Shown here: piece after piece, positions 58,101-64,000 of the stretch
How the letters are laid out: each line of letters opens with the position of its first letter
How positions within the stretch are numbered: position 1 is the first letter of the stretch
Assembly (NCBI GenBank): GCA_016934055.1
Contig: JAFGTR010000028.1
Location: 7,929-71,928 of the forward strand
DNA from: Bacteroidales bacterium
Lineage (GTDB): Bacteria > Bacteroidota > Bacteroidia > Bacteroidales > UBA10428
Length of the DNA stretch: 64,000 bases
Direction of reading: 5' to 3'
The notes under the pieces: model-generated
Database searches by the model: none
Seen by the model: only the letters and a program-made list of their open reading frames with translations
Told to the model about the DNA's origin: nothing
Position numbers and translations under genes: made by a program

Positions 58101-59355
58101 TAAATATGTGAAAAAAGACGGCACTTTTTTTACCGGGCATTACCGGGGCTCTATGATATATGACATCGACGGACATCCTGTCGCCTACCTTGGGATTGTT
58201 ACAGACATCACTGAAAAAGAGAAAGCCGAAGAAGCCATAAAACAGAGCGAGGAATCGCTGAACCAGGCACAGCATATGGCAAAGATCGGCAATATGGAAC
58301 TTGACCTGGATAAAGATACCGGTTATTTTTCCGATGAATTGTATAAGCTTTTCGGATTAGATCCCGGAAAAGGTGTCCCGAAATTTAATGACTTCATAAA
58401 GGTTATTCATCCTGATGACCGGCAAATTATCATTAACACCAACAAGCCCCGCAAAAAAACAGCACAATCACTCACAATTGAATACCGAAGCAATCCTGCC
58501 CTCGGTCCGGTAAGGTATTTCCTGTCAAACAACGAAATGTTTTATGATCCGGTTGCCGGATCACGAAAATTAATTGCCACTATTCAGGATATAACCGAAC
58601 GAAAAAAAGCTGAAGCTGAGATAATAAAGCTAAACCAGGAGCTCGAAAAAAAGGTGGAAGAAAGAACAGTTAAACTGAACGAAGCCGTTAAAGATCTTGA
58701 ATCATTCGCCTATAGCGTATCTCACGATTTACGGGCACCTATCCGTCATATAGATGGATTTCTTAAATTGTTGTATGCCAATATTATACATCCAAATGAA
58801 GCTATAACAGGTTACTATAATAAAATTGAAAGTGCGGCACAACGTATGTCGGTCATGATAGACAGCCTCCTCACTTTTTCACGACTGGGGAGAAAAGAAT
58901 TGACATTTTCAGAGATTGATACGGATACGATTATTCATGAGATCATTGAATTATATAAAACGGATATCGGGAACCGCAAAATTCAATGGAAAATTTCCAG
59001 GCTTCCACATATACATGGCGACAAAAATTTAATTAAATTGGTATTTGAGAACCTTATTTCAAACGCTGTCAAATACACATCGAAAAAACAAAAGGCCATC
59101 ATTGAAATAGGATCAACTTTTGAAAACGGACAACATAAGATATTTATCAGAGATAATGGCATCGGCTTTGATATGGCTTATGCCGATAAGCTTTTTGGTG
59201 TTTTTCAACGCCTCCATAATGCTGAGGATTATGAAGGAATAGGTATCGGACTGGCAAATGTGAAACAGATTATAGAAAAACATGAAGGAACAATAAAAGC
59301 TGAAGGCATAATTAATAAAGGAGCAACCTTCTGTCTTACCCTACCCAAAAACTGA
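55147..59355 (+). CDS. Cytoplasmic multi-PAS sensor histidine kinase (nine PAS/PAC modules + HisKA + HATPase_c)
   Basis: Nine recurrences of the PAC-end/linker motif D-[IV]-[TS]-[EDG]-x-[KRIE]-[KRQ], each followed by a short acidic coiled segment. H-box FAYSVSHDLRAPIRHIDGF, N-box ENLISNAVKYT, G-boxes DNGIGF and GIGIGL. No TM helix. GTG 55141 is also a possible start. Confidence 0.9.
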   Translation: MFKRKSLAKMKEEKNPEKIFDQFFSNSIDLLCIADMQGYFRKLNPEWERTLGYSLSELEGKKFIEFVHPEDVENTVEATVQLANNRQVHNFINRYRHKDGSYRWIEWRSFPAEEMIYASAHDITEQKKTEEALKESEERNRLISSLVADYVFKFEVDENKNLNLTYISENFRELTGRTTDEAKDISNWANIFYPEDLPKVQQFIQQMLSDARPGELECRSLTKGRIRWISIYAKPGTDETTGRVISITGAVKDISGKKAAETELRQSEEKFRSIVEHSLAGIFTIDENFRFIYVNDELCKIAGYSHDAIIGMDFRKLLSPKSLEMVVDRYRRRQKGEVVPHRYEIDIIRGDGEIRQAEMMVNVIKNSEGKPRSMGQLIDITERKKTENDLRESEFRLRSFIEESLEGVVIINEKGLIEEWNQKAETITDLSRDKAINQYWWHIIYELLPPERRTIISEKQLENAIKEILKTGKITSKPNDNYAIKHPDGVIKYIEQKEFTIKTETGYRIAGILTDITDKIQTEASLEQARMFNDALLESTPGLVYIYDEKGNLVSWNKRHETETGYDAGELAHMNLYDWFKDEIKKTTKNKIKDFSAETVMNYEAPIIKKNGDEVLYYFSTVTTMINGKKYYVGIGLDISEQKRIENELRQFAGLHQTILDTVSVGLIYVKDRKIQWANSLFFRMYGYEYQETFEADTSMLYKSKEDYRRIGKEAYPVLAKGEIYSTETQAKKKDGSVFWVFLSGKALDPDKPEEGSIWMIQDITERRNTELALKKSEAQFRDMTQNIPGMVFQFYTRKNGDQGFNYVSDQSLKFLGIEKEKTTDFYNEFINGIAEEDRQRFFSSVQTAVNNMSRWQFEGKYVKRDGKHMYFKGIAQPKMADQEIIFDGLILDVTEKRMAEERLRESEQLYRSIVEMAPDGITLIDLTGKILMCNKQMATLLGYDDIDQVIGLKVTDVIAPELHTKLIQDSHYIQEHGHSESLRYKYVKKDGTFFTGHYRGSMIYDIDGHPVAYLGIVTDITEKEKAEEAIKQSEESLNQAQHMAKIGNMELDLDKDTGYFSDELYKLFGLDPGKGVPKFNDFIKVIHPDDRQIIINTNKPRKKTAQSLTIEYRSNPALGPVRYFLSNNEMFYDPVAGSRKLIATIQDITERKKAEAEIIKLNQELEKKVEERTVKLNEAVKDLESFAYSVSHDLRAPIRHIDGFLKLLYANIIHPNEAITGYYNKIESAAQRMSVMIDSLLTFSRLGRKELTFSEIDTDTIIHEIIELYKTDIGNRKIQWKISRLPHIHGDKNLIKLVFENLISNAVKYTSKKQKAIIEIGSTFENGQHKIFIRDNGIGFDMAYADKLFGVFQRLHNAEDYEGIGIGLANVKQIIEKHEGTIKAEGIINKGATFCLTLPKN

Positions 59356-59360
59356 CAAAT

Positions 59361-59801
59361 ATGGAAAAAATACCGGTCATACTGTATGCGGAAGACAACC
59401 TGAATGACATTGAGCTGACATTAGCGGCTTTCAGGGAAAGCAACCTCGCCAACCAGGTTGATGTTGTCCGCGACGGTGAGGAAGTGCTGGATTATCTCTT
59501 TTACAGAGGAAAATATGTCAACAGAGAAAAATCAATCCCTGTTTTTGTATTGCTCGACCTTAAAATGCCAAAGCTTGACGGAATAGAAACACTAAAAAAA
59601 ATCCGCGCCTCAGAAGAATACAGAAATCTGCCCGTGGTTATGCTGACTTCCTCTCAGATGGAATCTGATGTTTATAAAAGCTATCAGCTCGGGGTTAACG
59701 GATTTGTTGTTAAGCCCATTGATTTTGCTGATTTTGTGAAAGCCATTAAGGGCATTGGCTATTTCTGGGCTATATTGAATACCTCACCATGCAAGTTATG
59801 A
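59361..59801 (+). CDS. Stand-alone receiver-domain response regulator (Rcp/CheY-like)
   Basis: 146 aa. AEDNLNDIEL, phospho-acceptor context LLDLKMPKLDG, MLTSS, and VVKP. Confidence 0.9.
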   Translation: MEKIPVILYAEDNLNDIELTLAAFRESNLANQVDVVRDGEEVLDYLFYRGKYVNREKSIPVFVLLDLKMPKLDGIETLKKIRASEEYRNLPVVMLTSSQMESDVYKSYQLGVNGFVVKPIDFADFVKAIKGIGYFWAILNTSPCKL

Positions 59802-61720
59802 CCAAAACAGACCTCCACATACTGATGCTTGAAGACGAGCCTTTGGATGCCGAACTGAACAAAGCACAGCTTTTATTGCTTGAGGAATATAATTGCATTG
59901 TTAACCTTGTGGGCGACAAACAATCCTATCTGCATGCCCTTGAAACAACTAATCCTGACATTATTCTCAGCGATTATAACCTTCCGCAATACAATGGTTT
60001 AGAGGCCCTGCATGACCTCAGGAAAAGAAATATGCTTATTCCGTTTATTTTTGTTACAGGCACATTAAATGAAGAAACAGCGGCCGGCACCATTAAAGCA
60101 GGAGCCTGGGATTATGTTGTTAAAGACAGGTTATTTCGTTTACCGCTGGCTATTCGCAGTGTTCTTAAACTTAAGGATGAAAGAATGATTGCCTATAAGG
60201 CAGAAGAAAAGATCAACCGGCTGGTAACAGCCATTGAACAGACATCATCACAGATCATTGTTACCGATGAATCAGGAAAGATAGAATATGCCAATAAAAA
60301 GTTTTCTGAAATTACAGGATTCCCTTTTGAAGACATCCTTGGAAAAGAAATCACTAACTTATTCTCACCTGAAGAGATTGACACAGAAAACGGGTCTTTA
60401 GCCTGGAATGCATTTAAAAAAGGGGAGGTGATCCGGGGTGAGACACAGAGCAAAAAAAAGAACGGATCTTCATTCTGGGAATTTGTAACCATTACGCCCA
60501 TTAAAAATACTGATAACATAATAACAAATTATGTCGTTGTTAAAGAGGATATTACACAACGCAAAATCATGGAGCAGGAATTGCTGGATGCCCTAAAAAA
60601 AGCAGAACAATCCGATAAACTTAAAGATGCCTTCCTGCAAAATCTGTCTCATGAAATTCGAACTCCACTGAACGCTATTGTAGGTTTTTCCGAACTGTTA
60701 CACAGCGGAACTGAAAAAAACATCGATATAATAAAGGAGTATACATCCATAATACGAAGCAGCAGTAATCAATTATTGTCTATCGTCTCGGATATACTTA
60801 CCATTGCCAGTATACAGACCGGACAGGAAAGAATTGTTTTTAAAACAGTAGATGTTGACGGGCTTATTGATCATTTATATGAAATATTCCTGCCTGTGGC
60901 GAATGAAAAAAAGCTGACCTTATCACTGAATAAACCTTTTACTGATAAGACCGTTTTCATCCAAACCGATGAGACCAAACTCAACCAGATCCTTACCAAC
61001 CTCTTAAACAATGCTTTTAAATTCACACACCAGGGTTTTGTTGAACTGAAATACAGAATTCTGGATAAAACGATCGATTTTTATGTTACTGACACCGGTA
61101 TAGGAATATCAAAAGAATCACAAACATTTATATTTGAACGTTTCAGGCAGGCCGGAAAATCTATTCATATTGATTATGGGGGAACCGGTCTTGGGCTTTC
61201 CATTTCAAGTTCCTTTGCACATATGCTTGGCGGTACTCTTCATGTAAACTCCGAGCCCGGCAAAGGATCAACTTTTGTTTTCTCTTTACCATTCACAACC
61301 GTAGAAAAATCCAAAGCATCTGAAGAAGATGCCATCGTAACCCTTGCTGAAAAAAAGCTTACGATTCTTGTCGTGGAAGATGAAATTAACAATTTCATGC
61401 TTATTGAAGCCATTCTTAAAAAACACGATGTCAAGATACTTCATGCCGCAAATGGTTATGAGGCATTGAAAATATGTGAGAAAAATCCACATATCAATCT
61501 TGTACTGATGGATATTAAAATGCCGGAAATGGATGGTGTACAGGCATTCAAAGAAATAAGAAAGATAAATACCCATTTGCCTATTATTGCTCAGACAGCC
61601 TATGCCCTGGAAAAAGAAAAACAGGAATTCCTCAGCATCGGATTTGATGACTACATTGCCAAACCCCTTGACCGCAGGAAATTGCTTAATCTCATCAGCA
61701 TTTATACCGGATCAGCCTGA
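59789..61720 (+). CDS. Hybrid histidine kinase: REC - PAS - HisKA - HATPase_c - REC
   Basis: N-terminal receiver (LMLEDEPLD...SDYNLPQYNG), PAS, H-box LSHEIRTPLNAIVGF, G-box GTGLGLSIS, C-terminal receiver (VVEDEINN...MDIKMPEMDG). It overlaps the preceding gene by 13 nt. Confidence 0.9.
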   Translation: MQVMTKTDLHILMLEDEPLDAELNKAQLLLLEEYNCIVNLVGDKQSYLHALETTNPDIILSDYNLPQYNGLEALHDLRKRNMLIPFIFVTGTLNEETAAGTIKAGAWDYVVKDRLFRLPLAIRSVLKLKDERMIAYKAEEKINRLVTAIEQTSSQIIVTDESGKIEYANKKFSEITGFPFEDILGKEITNLFSPEEIDTENGSLAWNAFKKGEVIRGETQSKKKNGSSFWEFVTITPIKNTDNIITNYVVVKEDITQRKIMEQELLDALKKAEQSDKLKDAFLQNLSHEIRTPLNAIVGFSELLHSGTEKNIDIIKEYTSIIRSSSNQLLSIVSDILTIASIQTGQERIVFKTVDVDGLIDHLYEIFLPVANEKKLTLSLNKPFTDKTVFIQTDETKLNQILTNLLNNAFKFTHQGFVELKYRILDKTIDFYVTDTGIGISKESQTFIFERFRQAGKSIHIDYGGTGLGLSISSSFAHMLGGTLHVNSEPGKGSTFVFSLPFTTVEKSKASEEDAIVTLAEKKLTILVVEDEINNFMLIEAILKKHDVKILHAANGYEALKICEKNPHINLVLMDIKMPEMDGVQAFKEIRKINTHLPIIAQTAYALEKEKQEFLSIGFDDYIAKPLDRRKLLNLISIYTGSA

Positions 61721-64000
61721 TCAACCTTTCAGCAAAAGAAGTTTATCCTTCGCTTCATAAACCGTTTCAATATTATCGATGGTCAGAATAAGTCTGTTGT
61801 TTCCTTCTTTCATTCTGAATTGCCTGTGATCCTTCTGGATTACGGTAAGGATAGTGCCAAACACCAATGATTTGTAAAAGTCAGAATCAGGATCTGAAAT
61901 GAAATACCCGATCATTTTCCGGCCCTTGAGCAAGAGCTTTTCAAAACCCAGACTGACGGCCAGCCATCGTAACCTTACCACTTCAATCAACTCAACAGAC
62001 TCGGGTGGCAAAGGACCAAAACGGTCTTTTAGCTGGTTTTCGAATGAAGCAAGTGCATTTTCATTTTCTATCTGATCGAGTTGCCGGTAAAGATCCATTC
62101 GCTCTGCCACGTTTGAAATATAGAAATCGGGGAAGAGCAATTCAAGGTCCGTATCAATCTGACAATCTTTAAGATAATATGAAGATGCCGGTTTATGTTC
62201 CTTTTCGGTTTCAAATACCGCCTTGTATTCTTTTTCTTTGAGCTCCTGAATGGCTTCATTGAGAATGCGCGTATATGTTTCAAAACCAATATCGGCAATA
62301 AATCCGCTCTGTTCAGCGCCCAGCAGGTTACCCGCGCCACGAATATCGAGATCCTGTAAGGCTATATTGAATCCGCTTCCCAGGTCGGAAAATTCCTCAA
62401 TGGCTTTTACCCTTCTTCGTGCTTCAGGTGTCATAAGATGCAAAGGCGGTGCCAACAGGTAACAGAAAGCTTTCTTGTTCGACCTGCCAACGCGGCCACG
62501 AAGCTGATGAAGGTCACTAAGGCCAAAATGATGTGCATTGTTGATGAAAATTGTATTGGCATTTGGTATATCGAGCCCTGATTCAATAATTGTTGTCGAG
62601 ACCAATACGTCATAATCACCTCTGATAAAATCAAGCATGGTCTTTTCAAGCTTCTGACCCTCCATCTGGCCATGGGCAACAATGGTTCTGACACCGGGAC
62701 AAAGTCGCTGCACCAGACTTTGAATTTCAACAATATTCTGAATCCTGTTGTGGATAAAAAAGACCTGTCCGCCCCGCGAGACCTCATATAAAATACCTTC
62801 CTTGATGATATCCTCATTAAAGGTATGCAATTCGGTTACAATGGGATGACGATTCGGAGGCGGCGTATTGATGACAGACAGATCGCGGGCTCCCATCAGA
62901 GAAAACTGTAAAGTGCGCGGAATGGGAGTCGCTGTCAGTGTTAAAGTGTCGACATTCAGTTTCAGCCTTTTCAGTTTTTCTTTGGCCGCAACACCAAATT
63001 TTTGCTCTTCATCAAGGATGAGCAGGCCAAGATCTTTGAAGTGAACATCAGAGCCCAATAAACGATGTGTGCCAATGATAATGTCGACTTTCCCTTTCCC
63101 CAGATTCTCCAGCGTTATCTTTTGGTCTTTTGGTTTTCTCAACCTGCTGATATGATCGACATGGCAGGGAAAATCTTTCAGCCTTTCACTGAAAGTATTG
63201 TAATGCTGTAAAGCCAGTATTGTGGTGGGCACAAGAACGGCCACCTGTTTGTTGTCGGCAACAGCCTTAAAAGAAGCCCTAACAGCAACCTCAGTCTTTC
63301 CAAAACCTACATCGCCACATATCAGCCTGTCCATGGGAACTTCCGACTCCATATCTTCTTTGACTGCACGACTGGCTTTCTCCTGATCCGGCGTATCTTC
63401 AAAAATGAAAGAAGCCTCAAGCTCATATTGAAGATAAGTATCAGGAGAAAATGCCATGCCTTTTATCATCCTGCGTTTTGCATAAAGTGCAATCAAATCC
63501 CGGGCTATATCCTGAATCTTTCTTTTTGTTGATTGTTTCAAACGCTGCCAGGCTCCGCTTCCCAGTTTATAAAGACGCGGAGGCCCTTCTTCCCTGCCTT
63601 TGTATTTTGATATTTTGTGAAGAGAATGAATGCTCACATATAATATATCCTGATCCTGGTAAACCAGTCTTACAGCTTCCTGCATCCTGCCGTTGATATT
63701 AATTTTTTCAAGACCTCCGAATTTACCTATGCCATGATCAATATGAACCACATAATCACCGGGCTGTAAGCCTTTTAATTCCTTCAGTGTAAAGGCTCCC
63801 TTGTCAGAAAAATAAGCATCAAGGGTATATTTGTGATAGCGTTCAAATATCTGGTGATCAGTGAAACAGCATATTCTGATATCCTGATCTACAAATCCCC
63901 CGTGCAGGGTCTGGTGTAAAGGCCGAAAAGACAGTAACGGGTTAATGTCATGGAAAATGGCTGTCAGACGATCAATCTGTTTTTCACTGTCGCTTAAAAT
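61721..64000 (-). CDS. mfd: Transcription-repair coupling factor Mfd, C-terminal about 760 aa (5' end lies outside the window)
   Basis: The frame stays open from 63751 to the window edge; I translated it codon by codon. PGDYVVHIDHGIGKF, helicase motif I GDVGFGKTEVA, DEEQKFG, and a TRG/translocation motif region. Confidence 0.95.
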   Translation of the reverse strand: MLSDSEKQIDRLTAIFHDINPLLSFRPLHQTLHGGFVDQDIRICCFTDHQIFERYHKYTLDAYFSDKGAFTLKELKGLQPGDYVVHIDHGIGKFGGLEKININGRMQEAVRLVYQDQDILYVSIHSLHKISKYKGREEGPPRLYKLGSGAWQRLKQSTKRKIQDIARDLIALYAKRRMIKGMAFSPDTYLQYELEASFIFEDTPDQEKASRAVKEDMESEVPMDRLICGDVGFGKTEVAVRASFKAVADNKQVAVLVPTTILALQHYNTFSERLKDFPCHVDHISRLRKPKDQKITLENLGKGKVDIIIGTHRLLGSDVHFKDLGLLILDEEQKFGVAAKEKLKRLKLNVDTLTLTATPIPRTLQFSLMGARDLSVINTPPPNRHPIVTELHTFNEDIIKEGILYEVSRGGQVFFIHNRIQNIVEIQSLVQRLCPGVRTIVAHGQMEGQKLEKTMLDFIRGDYDVLVSTTIIESGLDIPNANTIFINNAHHFGLSDLHQLRGRVGRSNKKAFCYLLAPPLHLMTPEARRRVKAIEEFSDLGSGFNIALQDLDIRGAGNLLGAEQSGFIADIGFETYTRILNEAIQELKEKEYKAVFETEKEHKPASSYYLKDCQIDTDLELLFPDFYISNVAERMDLYRQLDQIENENALASFENQLKDRFGPLPPESVELIEVVRLRWLAVSLGFEKLLLKGRKMIGYFISDPDSDFYKSLVFGTILTVIQKDHRQFRMKEGNNRLILTIDNIETVYEAKDKLLLLKG

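Noticed and set aside
62439-62454. A second perfect sigma-54 consensus on the minus strand (TGGCAC-CGCCT-TTGC-A), inside the mfd coding sequence and on the same strand as mfd.
   Set aside because: It lies about 720 nt before the mfd stop with no downstream gene to serve; the next gene is convergent. The bases are explained by the codons for LLAPPLHL. I treat it as a chance or coding-constrained match. It is also a caution on the statistical weight of the lon and groES sites. A weaker look-alike antisense in thyA (about 43260-43280, TGGCACGGCGGAAGC) was dismissed for the same reason.

Overview
This is a densely packed 64-kb chromosomal segment from a Bacteroidota genome. The assignment rests on SusC/SusD pairs, type-A and type-B T9SS C-terminal sorting domains, and TAnnTTTG -7 boxes in front of several genes. 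I call about 57 protein genes and one tRNA-His.

Most of the content is core housekeeping: tdh-kbl, psd-cdsA-DUF2007-ftsH-rsfS, birA, pyrE, coaD, lon, rpmE, thyA-folA, two tandem superoxide dismutases, waaA, kdsB, a sigma-54 activator-lptE-secG cluster followed by groES-groEL, and the 3' two-thirds of mfd.

The accessory content has two parts:
- One ECF-sigma/anti-sigma controlled SusC/SusD polysaccharide utilisation locus with GH53, GH35, CE12 and GH105. This enzyme set points to pectic galactan / rhamnogalacturonan-I.
- Three signalling clusters: a GAF histidine kinase next to an orphan MCP, a nine-PAS kinase with two partner regulators, and the sensor-less sigma-54 activator.

I saw no transposase, integrase, phage, CRISPR or recognisable defence genes, and I could not support a novel multi-gene protein system. 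The most interesting signals are non-coding:
1. A perfect sigma-54 -24/-12 element in front of lon and a near-perfect one in front of groES, with a sensor-less enhancer-binding protein encoded a few kb upstream of groES.
2. Operator-like perfect palindromes at the lon promoter and upstream of the Mn-type SOD.
3. A family of GC-rich hairpin (REP-like) elements with flanking 8-nt micro-tandem arrays. One copy supplies the last codons and the stop of a SOD gene.
4. A 147-bp spacer with perfect 12-bp inverted termini between kbl and psd.

All calls come from reading the sequence and the ORF translations. No searches were run.
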